Shown here: positions 47,805 through 57,237 of the stretch, piece after piece
Layout: every line of letters begins with the position of its first letter
Position numbering within the stretch: the first letter of the stretch is position 1
Virus record (IMG/VR): IMGVR_UViG_3300032236_002285
Location: 372,001-436,000 of that record
DNA length: 64,000 nucleotides
Reading direction: 5' to 3' (one strand)
Position numbers and translations under genes: made by a program
Notes under the pieces: generated by a model
Database searches by the model: none
The model's input: only the letters and a program-made list of their open reading frames with translations
What the model was told of the DNA's origin: nothing

Positions 47805-48848
47805 ATGTCAGTTGGTACAAAATATGCTACAGCCTTTACGAATGGTGTTACAATTCCAGGTTTTACTAATATTGGTAAAGTTGCCATAGATACAAACCCA
47901 GGTGTCGGAGATTATACACTCGGTAACTTTGTTGGTGGTATAAATGGCTCATATGACTACACTTCATATATTATTATATCTGATACAACTACAGCTCTTA
48001 TTGATAATAGAAGCACTGGTAATCACACGGGTTCGGCTTTACCTAATCAACCAACATTTTTTGCTTCTAAATTTAAAACTGATGAAAGTTTTTTAAGAAT
48101 GGTTAATAGACTACCAGCAAGATCAGGTCAAACTGCTTTTACTGATCCTTTATTAGCTTCTTCCTGGCTTAGGTCAAATGGTTATTGGACTACTTATGTA
48201 ACACCGGTACTATCATTAGATGCTGGTAACCCAGCAAGTTACCCAGGAACCGGAAATACATGGACTGATACTATTGGTGGTAAAACATTCAATTTATATA
48301 ATGGCGTTGGTTACGATCCAAACAATGGTGGTAAGTTTTATTTTTATGCACCAGCGGGTCAATATGCTGAGTGTAATACAAGTTTACCTGATTTAAATAC
48401 TTGGTCAGTTGGTGTTTGGCACTATTATACTGGTCAAAATATTGGTTCTGGTATGTGTATTGTAACTGAAGTTTACCCAGGAGTAAATAATAATATAAAC
48501 TACTCTTTAGGAGATAACGATACTGGCGGTGATATAAGTGCAGGATTTTTTGATGGCGCTTGGAGAGTAAGTAATCCTTATAGTTTAACACCTAATAATT
48601 GGTATTATATCGTTGGTACCTATGATGGTAGTACAATTAGTCTTTATGTTAATGGTAGTCTAGTACAATCAAATAATTATAATGGTTACCCAATATCATC
48701 CCAGGGTGGTATAAGATTAATGAGAAGATGGGATAATCCTGATTATTGGGATGGTTATTTATCTACGGTTGATATTTATGATCAAGCATTAGATTCATCA
48801 AAGATATCATCTATCTTTAATTCAACTAAATCAAGATTTGGTTTGTAA
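47805..48848 (+). CDS. LamG/concanavalin A-like domain virion protein
   Basis: LDAGNPASYPGTGNTWTD, WYYIVGTYDG..ISLYVNG, IYDQAL..FNSTKSRFGL; TAATATATA at 47776-47784. Confidence 0.85.
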   Translation: MSVGTKYATAFTNGVTIPGFTNIGKVAIDTNPGVGDYTLGNFVGGINGSYDYTSYIIISDTTTALIDNRSTGNHTGSALPNQPTFFASKFKTDESFLRMVNRLPARSGQTAFTDPLLASSWLRSNGYWTTYVTPVLSLDAGNPASYPGTGNTWTDTIGGKTFNLYNGVGYDPNNGGKFYFYAPAGQYAECNTSLPDLNTWSVGVWHYYTGQNIGSGMCIVTEVYPGVNNNINYSLGDNDTGGDISAGFFDGAWRVSNPYSLTPNNWYYIVGTYDGSTISLYVNGSLVQSNNYNGYPISSQGGIRLMRRWDNPDYWDGYLSTVDIYDQALDSSKISSIFNSTKSRFGL

Positions 48849-48850
48849 TA

Positions 48851-49096
48851 TTATCTAATTGGTTTGTAATTAGGAATAGCACCTTTGTAATTAGTGTTAC
48901 CTTTTCTGATTTCTTCATGTTCAGCTTCTACTGCTGCTTGATATTCAGGATCATTCTTTTCATCCTGTTTACAATTCATACAAATAACATCTTCATTAAA
49001 CATAGACATTGTAGTAACACCATTAGTTGGCTCACCACATCTATCACAGATAGATTTATTCATTTCAAATGATTCGTATGTTTTTAAGTGTTTCAT
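48851..49096 (-). CDS. N-tagged Zn-finger protein
   Basis: MKHLKTYESFE; CDRC..MSMFN..ICMNCK. Confidence 0.75.
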   Translation of the reverse strand: MKHLKTYESFEMNKSICDRCGEPTNGVTTMSMFNEDVICMNCKQDEKNDPEYQAAVEAEHEEIRKGNTNYKGAIPNYKPIR

Positions 49097-49608
49097 TATT
49101 TCTTAATAGTATTGATATCATTCTTTTGAAAGTCATCAAAACTCATAACTTTCTTTTCACCATTTTTAGATTGACCTGATGTGAAATCTTGTTTTTTAGC
49201 AAAAACACTTTTAAGAGCTTTTAAGTCTAATTTTTTAGTTCTTGATTTCTTACCGGTTCTTGGTCCGTGGTCATTACCCATTGGTGCTGGTATTTTCTGA
49301 AATACTCTATTAGCACCACTTGGATTATAAGGAACATCAACATCACCTGAACCTGTTGTACCACCGTGAGATGCCCAACTTGTACCAATTGTAGCACCTG
49401 CTAAACCTGAAGGTTGAGCATTAACAACAGCACCCATACCACCAACAGCTGGACCACCAGTAGCAGAAGTACCACCACCATCTTCAAGAAGACTTTCTCT
49501 GTTTGATATTTTCTCACAAAGTTTCAAATACCCTTCTTCAGAAGAAAGATTTTCTTTTTCCATTGTTTCTTTTAAAAGATGTAATTGGTATAATGATAAT
49601 TGATTCAT
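49096..49608 (-). CDS. Gly-rich putative late protein, possibly head-associated
   Basis: LLEDGGGTSA; C-terminal KKVMSFDDF; TAATATATA at 49614-49622. Confidence 0.7.
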   Translation of the reverse strand: MNQLSLYQLHLLKETMEKENLSSEEGYLKLCEKISNRESLLEDGGGTSATGGPAVGGMGAVVNAQPSGLAGATIGTSWASHGGTTGSGDVDVPYNPSGANRVFQKIPAPMGNDHGPRTGKKSRTKKLDLKALKSVFAKKQDFTSGQSKNGEKKVMSFDDFQKNDINTIKK

Positions 49609-49689
49609 AAACTTATATATTAAATATTAAACTCACTATTTTGTTTTCAACAAAAGCAGTGACTAATTATATATAAACTACCTATTTGT

Positions 49690-50322
49690 ATGAGCAAGAT
49701 AAAACAACTTGAGATTAAAAAACTATTGAAAGAGTTAGATTTTATTGAATCTGATTATAACTATAAAAGTGAAATAATAAATGAGGCTGATAGTAATTTC
49801 ATTAAAACGGTTAATGATCTACTTGAAGAGCATCCATTATTAAAAGAGGTATTTGACAAAAAAATTAATAGTAAGCTAGATCAAATATTTGAAAAAAAAT
49901 CAGAACAGATAAAAGAAAAGATTGAAGTTGATATCGAAAAAGAAAATCAAGAGGAAGTATTTGAAGATGTTATAATTGAAAAGTTTGTAGATGATAAGGT
50001 TAAAAAACTTTATAGAGAAATAGCTAAACTAACACATCCAGATAGAGTCAGTAATAAAAAACTAAACGACCTGTATATTAAAGCAACCGATTGCTATCAT
50101 AACAATGATAGACCCGGAACTTATACTATTTGTGATGAGTTAGATATAGACTATGAACCAGATGATTCAGATAATCAAATGATAAGTAGTAAGATTTCTA
50201 GCATTAAAGGTAAGATTAATTTCATAGAATCAACTATGACTTGGAATTGGTACCACTCAAATGATGAAAAAGAAAAAGAACAAATGGTGTTAAGATATAT
50301 TAAAAATAGATTAGATAATTGA
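49690..50322 (+). CDS. J-domain-like co-chaperone
   Basis: VKKLYREIAKLTHPDR (HPD motif). Confidence 0.7.
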   Translation: MSKIKQLEIKKLLKELDFIESDYNYKSEIINEADSNFIKTVNDLLEEHPLLKEVFDKKINSKLDQIFEKKSEQIKEKIEVDIEKENQEEVFEDVIIEKFVDDKVKKLYREIAKLTHPDRVSNKKLNDLYIKATDCYHNNDRPGTYTICDELDIDYEPDDSDNQMISSKISSIKGKINFIESTMTWNWYHSNDEKEKEQMVLRYIKNRLDN

Positions 50323-50943
50323 TATTTTAACTTTTCTTTCGTTTAATAATGATTGTAACTCATCTTTTCTGAAAAATCTCTTATAAATATCGTTTTCCTT
50401 ATCAAGGTTTTGAAGTTCCCAAGTATTACCATCAGCTGTTGTGTAGATATAATTCTCGTCACCATCTGCAACTTCAATAGTTTTAGATGAAAGTTTATCA
50501 TAAAACTTTTTAACATCACCATTAATTTGAAATAGTTTAACATCTTCCCAGTCTTTATTAGTTTCATTCCATGTTTGAAAAGCAATATAAACAGGGTTTT
50601 CTAGTTCATTGGAATTAATATCATAAATAAACATCCATTTACAAGGTTTATTGACAAATGTTTGATAATCTTCTGTATTTTGAACTGGTGACTTTTTCAA
50701 ACCTAAAGAAGATAGAGAATTAATAAATTCTATGTTATCTGATAAAAAGTCTAAAGTAAGTCTACCTTGATAAAAATCTTTAGGTAATTTTAAAGTATCA
50801 AAAATATCTTTTTCTTCAGCTGAAATAGCCGAAAGAAGCACATCATGCCATATATTCATCGATTCTAGTATATCAACTGACATAGTAACCAAGTCGATAA
50901 CTAAAGATTCTTTGAATTGTTTGTATGTTTTTATTGTCTTCAT
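50311..50943 (-). CDS. N-tagged hypothetical protein
   Basis: MKTIKTYKQFKE. Confidence 0.75.
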   Translation of the reverse strand: MKTIKTYKQFKESLVIDLVTMSVDILESMNIWHDVLLSAISAEEKDIFDTLKLPKDFYQGRLTLDFLSDNIEFINSLSSLGLKKSPVQNTEDYQTFVNKPCKWMFIYDINSNELENPVYIAFQTWNETNKDWEDVKLFQINGDVKKFYDKLSSKTIEVADGDENYIYTTADGNTWELQNLDKENDIYKRFFRKDELQSLLNERKVKISII

Positions 50944-50960
50944 AAAAAAAGAATTAATAC

Positions 50961-50980
50961 TTTTAATATATATATTAAAA
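50961..50980. promoter_or_regulatory. 20-bp palindrome containing back-to-back TAATATATA boxes
   Basis: ttttaatatatatattaaaa lies between two divergent N-tagged genes. Confidence 0.75.
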
Positions 50981-50998
50981 TACTACATCACAAATCGA

Positions 50999-52372
50999 AT
51001 GAAATGGTTGAGAGGTTATAAATTATTCAAAGAAGCTAAGCAAGAAAAATCTTATAAGAATTTAATTAATGAGATATGTACTTGTATGGTACTCTTAAAC
51101 AATGAATTCTTAGATAATTTATTAGATAGAGGATTGAAAGCAAGATATTCTGAAAACTCAGAAATATTTGTTACTGACTTAAAAAATTTGTTATTAGCTA
51201 AGAATAGATTGAATTTAGGTAAGTTTGAAGGTGATACTTGTATTGCTGATGATGAGCTAGCAAAGGTTAATATGGCTTTTGATGGTATTGAGTTTGATAT
51301 TGAGAAAGATTGGGATAAATTAGTTTCTGCTAGAACAACTGCTAGAAATATTATTGATAAGTTATTATTAGATTCTAAACTAAAACCAGAGATGATTAAA
51401 AATATCTACTGGATTGGTCCTAATAAAGATACCGATCATGAGGAAGATATAGTTATAGAAGATAAAAATGGTCAACAATATAGTTTTTACTTAAATAAAA
51501 ATCTTGCTACACAAAAAACTGCTTCATTTAGTTTATTTGCTGATGACTTGATTGGTGCTGATATTGATAAATTATATAAAGATGAGTATTTACCTAAATG
51601 GGATAAATTAACTCAAGAATGGATTAGATTAATCTATGAGAATGCTAATAAAAATATTCAACAATTAATTGAGAAGTTTATTGACCCTAAAAGAATTGAT
51701 ACAATTGGTTATTTTGAATACTATGACATAAGACATAAAGACCCAAAATTCAAACACTTAGGTGAATTTGTTAGAGAGTTTGAAAAGAATATTTTAAAGT
51801 TTTCAGATTTAATGTCTGAAATATGGAAGAATAAAGATAATTGCTTTATGGACTCAAATAGAGTTACTAAGGAATGGATGGAAGTTAAAATAGTTATTCT
51901 TAACTCTAAAATTCTTGAGAATCTATTAACAACAAGTCTTAAATCAAATCATGTTGATGATATTCAAAAAGTTGAAGATAGTTGGAAATTGGCTGGTGGA
52001 ACCGTTAAGATGAAACTATTTAAGACTTTAGTTGAAAAAATGGGTTGTCTAGAAAGACCTGTTTACTTCTTGGGTAAAAATGGTGACATCTTTAATCTAG
52101 TCCCATCAAGAGAATTCTTTAGAGAAAACTATGATGACTTAAATATTAAATTTGATTATCATGTTAACTTTAATGTTAGTGACGAAGAAGAGAATAATGA
52201 TTTCACAATTAAAATAAAACTAGAGTTAGATGACAACACATTGATAGATATGTTTGTTATAGTTAAATTCTCTGGTGGTGAAATGTCTGGTAAATTATCA
52301 GCTAAATATAAATTTGATATCGCTGATAACTTTAATTATTTAATTTCCAAAAAACAATCTAGTGTTGAATAA
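50999..52372 (+). CDS. N-tagged hypothetical protein
   Basis: Start moved to MKWLRGYKLFKE, downstream of the palindrome. Confidence 0.75.
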   Translation: MKWLRGYKLFKEAKQEKSYKNLINEICTCMVLLNNEFLDNLLDRGLKARYSENSEIFVTDLKNLLLAKNRLNLGKFEGDTCIADDELAKVNMAFDGIEFDIEKDWDKLVSARTTARNIIDKLLLDSKLKPEMIKNIYWIGPNKDTDHEEDIVIEDKNGQQYSFYLNKNLATQKTASFSLFADDLIGADIDKLYKDEYLPKWDKLTQEWIRLIYENANKNIQQLIEKFIDPKRIDTIGYFEYYDIRHKDPKFKHLGEFVREFEKNILKFSDLMSEIWKNKDNCFMDSNRVTKEWMEVKIVILNSKILENLLTTSLKSNHVDDIQKVEDSWKLAGGTVKMKLFKTLVEKMGCLERPVYFLGKNGDIFNLVPSREFFRENYDDLNIKFDYHVNFNVSDEEENNDFTIKIKLELDDNTLIDMFVIVKFSGGEMSGKLSAKYKFDIADNFNYLISKKQSSVE

Positions 52373-52423
52373 ATTTTAGGAATACATGATATAAAAATAT
52401 ATATCTAAAATTCTTAAAATTAA

Positions 52424-55400
52424 ATGGCTTTACCTGGTTTATTTCCACTTTACCCCGATCCAATACCAATGAAATATCAAGTTTCATTAGGTCTACCGCC
52501 TCTTCCGGTAAGTGAAATAACTAAGTCAATTGGTATAACTTCATCAAGCTCATTTTTAGTTCCTAATATTGAATATCTTCAAAAGTTTATTGAAGGTGAT
52601 TTAGGAATTGCTGATAAGGCAGTAAAAGAAACATTATATAAAAACTTTAATGACCCTATTGCTCAGAATAATGATAAAGTATTCAAAAGCTATGCTAGTC
52701 TAAATCAAATTGACATACCAGATATTAATAAGTATAAAGTAGATGGTAAAATAAAATTCCCTAAAGAAGATGTAACAGCTCCTAATTTAGATGGCATTGG
52801 ATTCAAAGCATTTGAGAAAACCATTATGACTTCTATCTTTGAAACTCAGAAACCATATCTTGAAGTTGCTAAATTAGTTATTGCTAATGTTGCTAAAATA
52901 GAAGACATAACCGCAAGAGTCATGCCTTTATTGGGTGTTCCTCTTAAAACTAAATCGCTAAAACCAACAGGTAATAGTGGTGCGGGTGATAGACCTAAAG
53001 CAATTGGTTATCAAAATGGTGATGAGTTAAAGAAAGCTCTTTCTCAATTACAAACACTAACTAATCAAGGATCAAAGATAAAAATAGATAAAAATGGTAA
53101 TGCTACTCAAAGTATAACACCAACCGGAACAGCAAGCGTTTCGGGTAACGGTGATAATACAAACTGGCAGATACTATCAAGTGTTTATTCAACTGGTAAA
53201 TTCATACCAGGCATAGACTATCAATATACTTATATTGATTTACCAAGCCAAACAAAGAACACACCAGAAACAGCTGACTTAAATTTAGGAGATGATGATC
53301 CATATAGTGGTTATAAACCAGAGAGAATAATATTGGGTATATTTAGATCGGATGGAACGCCATTAGATCCTAATGAATATCTAAAGACTATTGGTTCAAA
53401 TGGCAATAATATAACATATAATGAAACAAATTTCAAAAGAGCTGATTGGGTATTAAAATCACCGAAGTGGCATTTACCACCATATCTTTCAGATACAAGA
53501 TCGGCTATTTACTCTTGGCCGGCATTTGGCTCACCAACATATAAGTGGAAAGGTCCTTTATTATTAACTCAAGATAGTAAGACGAAACCAGCGGATGGTT
53601 GGGAAATAATGAAATATGAAAAAGGAGATAAGAATGTAATTACCGGAGATGACGCTATCGAAGGTGACCCAATAATAACTGGGTTTGATACTAATCAAAT
53701 TAATGAGTATAAGTCTTATTTTACCGATACGGTTAAATATAAAATGAATCAATCTGATGGTTTAGAACAAACAGAAAAAGATCAATATTCTAATGAAATA
53801 ATTAGCAAACTAAATATTCAATCACATCTTCAAAATGTTTACTTATATGGTCAATCAAAGTCATCTGTTTACAAACAAATTAATAATAAACCGGCTTACC
53901 CTGAATCATTAAAAATATCTTTTAAGCCTTTTCAGATATATTCAGCATCGGCTTCTCAAGATGTTAATCTTGCTGCTTATAATAAATCAGTGGGTTTACA
54001 ACCAGGATTTATTTGGATTGATCCAGAATCTGATTATGAAACAAAGATAATAAGAGTTGATCCTACAACTAAAATTGCTTTTGAAGAGGGAAAAGGTCAG
54101 CCTCAAATTTCATCAACAATTAAATCATTTGTTAAAAACAAAGCCAGTTTTAGTATATCTAATGGTCAAAACTTTAATATTGATATTCAAAAGAACGGCT
54201 TAGTAACGGAATCATTTACAAATGTTAATCAGTATGTTCTTGAAAATTGGAATTATAATTCAGATACTAATTTACCACCAGAAAATAGATTTGAGAATAC
54301 TAACTTTTATAACATCTCTATTTGGTCAACAACACCTACAAAAGACTATGTTAATAAATCAGGAACAATAGAATTAAATCCTGACTCCTACTATCGTGAG
54401 TTAGTTAGAGAAAATGATAAATGGCTATATAAATCATATATCTATGATAGCAATGGTGATAAATCTTATGTCGTGATATCAGATGGTGATATACTACTTA
54501 ATGATAATATGAAAACTAGAGTTAGAATTCAAAATGGTTATATTATAAGATGGTATTATGCTTATAATAGAGTATTTAATGCTACAAACCTACCCGCATT
54601 TGGAAAAGGAAGAAACTTAGTATTAAACTACACAAACGATTTGGATTCAAATTCTAACTTAATCATAAACACAACAGATACTGATATACCTTTATATCAA
54701 TTAAAAGTCGAAAATAGTGATTTTCCTTATGGTAAAATTATAGACCCATCAAAAATAACTAACGACAACTTAATTAAAGACCAATTATTCTCAAAAGGTA
54801 AGTATGGTCATGGTGATGCTGAAAATCCACAAGAGATAGAAGTTATACAAAGATATATGCTAACTGATTTAGACACAGAGTCTTATTATATCATAGAGGG
54901 AGTTTTAACAGAAAAAAATACACAAACTGACACGGTACCTTCAACAGGCGGCGCTGCGTCCGGTGGTGGTTATTATAGACTACCACATGCTTTAGGTGCG
55001 ACTAAAGTTTTCTTATCTTTATTAGTAGATATCTTTTCAAAGTTAATACCTCAAATAACTAAGATGATAGCTCTTTTCAAAAATCCAGGAAGTTTTATAA
55101 TAGACATTATACAAAGAAAGTTAGGTGAAGGTTTTTCTATTTTTTCTAAACAATCATTTGATACATTTGAAAAGGCAAAATCTATTTCAAATAAGAAAGT
55201 TGATAGCACCAATAGAGTATCCGATAAGGTTAATAGGCTTAAAGATACATTTAAAAACTCACCATTATCTAATGTGGTTTATGTTGATAAAAAAGGTAAT
55301 TACAAATTTTTACTTGATGGTGTAGCTATGTTACCATTTGAGATGTTTGGTTTAAGTATTCCTTTTGGTGCTGATTTGAACTTTTCTAATTTACCTGATG

Positions 55401-56719
55401 TGCCTATAAAATTAATAACAGATGTTAAAACAGCAAAAGCTAAAAATATTCAAGACTTCTTAAAACCTAAGTTAAAAGAATTTAACGGACCAGGTAGTAC
55501 CGGTGTTGCGCCAACAGGAGCAGGAAAGCTAGCACCTGGATTAAATATCTCAGATATAAAGTCAATTAAAGATGATCCTATTTATAATACTAATGTAAAT
55601 AATGGTAAAACCAATCCTAATGATTATCAGATTATTGATGTTAAATATTCAACTGGTTCTTATATAAATGGTGTGAATTATAATTATATTTATATTAATC
55701 AAGATGAAGATAAAATATTAACTGATGCTAATAATTTAGTAAATACTCCTAATGAAGCGGTCGATTTACCTAAGGCTCAAAAAACTTTACAGGATTTGAA
55801 TGATGCTCAAAAGAAAGACCCTACAAATGAGGCAATAAAAGATATGATTAATAAACTTAAAAATAAGTTAGCAAATCTTTCTGATAATACTCAACCAATT
55901 ATTAAAATGTTATTAGGCTTTGTTACAATACCTGTAAAAATAATTGGTGGTATAATAAGTTGGTTAATGGACTTTTTCAAAAGTCTAACAAATCCACTAA
56001 CACTACCTGCTAAAATAGCAGAATTATTATCTTTTAGTTGGCTCATGAAGTTTTTCACACCTATTGGTATGATGGAACTTATAGGATTTAAGTTTGAACC
56101 AGCTAAACTAGCAGAGTGGCTTGCCTTGGTTAAGGTACCAAGTGTAAAACCACCTAATATATCACCTAAAATACCAGATGGTTTTGATTTACCAAGTGCT
56201 CATTATTACAAGGATGCAACACCAAAAGGTAGATTTTTAATACCAGATGATTTTGATATAGCTGACTTAAATATGGTAATTGCTGCTCCGTTTATTCCTA
56301 AATTACCAACCTATACAGCTAGACAATTCAGAGAGAATCCAACAAGACCTATTAAGTTAATATTGCCTTTTCTTTGTTTCTTTGAAAAAATAATAAATGG
56401 TATAATTGATTTTATTTGGTCAACATTAGGTATAGAAGCTTTAATACCAGCACCTCATATAAAATTATGTAGTAATTCAGTAAATCCTAGTATAAGTGAT
56501 GCTGTTAAGATAGCTGATGACTTGAAGAAAACGGGAACTGAACCGGTTGCTACAGGTGGTACCTTTAGTAATGGTAGTAGCACTAATATACCAACAGATG
56601 CTGGGTTTTTATATGATATAACTCTTGATAATGGGACCGTAGTAAAAGGTTTAAACTATGAAGAAATGCAAAAGTATATTAAAGACCATGAGAATATTGG
56701 TTATGATTTTAAATTCTAA
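52424..56719 (+). CDS. Large (1431 aa) putative late, probably structural protein
   Basis: AAATATATA upstream; internal duplication YSTGKFIPGIDYQYTYI / YSTGSYINGVNYNYIYI; hydrophobic helical segments. Confidence 0.7.
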   Translation: MALPGLFPLYPDPIPMKYQVSLGLPPLPVSEITKSIGITSSSSFLVPNIEYLQKFIEGDLGIADKAVKETLYKNFNDPIAQNNDKVFKSYASLNQIDIPDINKYKVDGKIKFPKEDVTAPNLDGIGFKAFEKTIMTSIFETQKPYLEVAKLVIANVAKIEDITARVMPLLGVPLKTKSLKPTGNSGAGDRPKAIGYQNGDELKKALSQLQTLTNQGSKIKIDKNGNATQSITPTGTASVSGNGDNTNWQILSSVYSTGKFIPGIDYQYTYIDLPSQTKNTPETADLNLGDDDPYSGYKPERIILGIFRSDGTPLDPNEYLKTIGSNGNNITYNETNFKRADWVLKSPKWHLPPYLSDTRSAIYSWPAFGSPTYKWKGPLLLTQDSKTKPADGWEIMKYEKGDKNVITGDDAIEGDPIITGFDTNQINEYKSYFTDTVKYKMNQSDGLEQTEKDQYSNEIISKLNIQSHLQNVYLYGQSKSSVYKQINNKPAYPESLKISFKPFQIYSASASQDVNLAAYNKSVGLQPGFIWIDPESDYETKIIRVDPTTKIAFEEGKGQPQISSTIKSFVKNKASFSISNGQNFNIDIQKNGLVTESFTNVNQYVLENWNYNSDTNLPPENRFENTNFYNISIWSTTPTKDYVNKSGTIELNPDSYYRELVRENDKWLYKSYIYDSNGDKSYVVISDGDILLNDNMKTRVRIQNGYIIRWYYAYNRVFNATNLPAFGKGRNLVLNYTNDLDSNSNLIINTTDTDIPLYQLKVENSDFPYGKIIDPSKITNDNLIKDQLFSKGKYGHGDAENPQEIEVIQRYMLTDLDTESYYIIEGVLTEKNTQTDTVPSTGGAASGGGYYRLPHALGATKVFLSLLVDIFSKLIPQITKMIALFKNPGSFIIDIIQRKLGEGFSIFSKQSFDTFEKAKSISNKKVDSTNRVSDKVNRLKDTFKNSPLSNVVYVDKKGNYKFLLDGVAMLPFEMFGLSIPFGADLNFSNLPDVPIKLITDVKTAKAKNIQDFLKPKLKEFNGPGSTGVAPTGAGKLAPGLNISDIKSIKDDPIYNTNVNNGKTNPNDYQIIDVKYSTGSYINGVNYNYIYINQDEDKILTDANNLVNTPNEAVDLPKAQKTLQDLNDAQKKDPTNEAIKDMINKLKNKLANLSDNTQPIIKMLLGFVTIPVKIIGGIISWLMDFFKSLTNPLTLPAKIAELLSFSWLMKFFTPIGMMELIGFKFEPAKLAEWLALVKVPSVKPPNISPKIPDGFDLPSAHYYKDATPKGRFLIPDDFDIADLNMVIAAPFIPKLPTYTARQFRENPTRPIKLILPFLCFFEKIINGIIDFIWSTLGIEALIPAPHIKLCSNSVNPSISDAVKIADDLKKTGTEPVATGGTFSNGSSTNIPTDAGFLYDITLDNGTVVKGLNYEEMQKYIKDHENIGYDFKF

Positions 56720-56771
56720 TAAACATTTTAGTAAGCTTCATATATAACTAAAAACATAAATTAAATTAAAA

Positions 56772-56993
56772 ATGGGAAAAGCAGCAAAAGAACACCGTAA
56801 GAAAGTTCAAGCAAGAAACAATCGCATCAATCAACAAAAGCAAAAAGTGCAAAAGATGCAAAAAGATTTTATCATGAATTTGATTAAGCAAGAGCAAGAA
56901 AAAGGAATGTTTGAGAATAATCCAAGTATTACACCAATGCCGGGATTGAATGGACCAGCAATCGATACAACAATAGAAGGACCTTCTATCTAA
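56772..56993 (+). CDS. Small basic protein
   Basis: TAAAC-N18-TATAA at 56720-56747. Confidence 0.7.
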   Translation: MGKAAKEHRKKVQARNNRINQQKQKVQKMQKDFIMNLIKQEQEKGMFENNPSITPMPGLNGPAIDTTIEGPSI

Positions 56994-56999
56994 TACTAT

Positions 57000-57179
57000 T
57001 TAAAATAAAAAAAAGGCTTTGCTTGGTTGAACTAATTTAGTTCTCTCAAACAGAGCCTTATTTATTTTAGCAACAAGATATTTTCTTGCTAGTTCCGTCT
57101 TAGGACAAGATGGCTTTTCCATCTTACACTTAATAAGGTACCAATTTGCTAAAAGAATCGAATCTATGTCTTGTTTCAT
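57000..57179 (-). CDS. 59-aa hypothetical protein (absent from the ORF track)
   Basis: MKQDIDSILLANWYLIKCK...; fills the gap; TTATATATA box upstream. Confidence 0.5.
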   Translation of the reverse strand: MKQDIDSILLANWYLIKCKMEKPSCPKTELARKYLVAKINKALFERTKLVQPSKAFFLF

Positions 57180-57237
57180 TTAATATTTAAACTTTTAATG
57201 AGATTATATATAAAAAAATAAAATCAATTTTCTTATT

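Noticed and set aside
50999-52372. Restriction endonuclease (DIVIE..SFYL loosely resembles a PD-(D/E)XK core)
   Set aside because: The catalytic Lys is not evident, and the similarity is too weak to call without a profile search.
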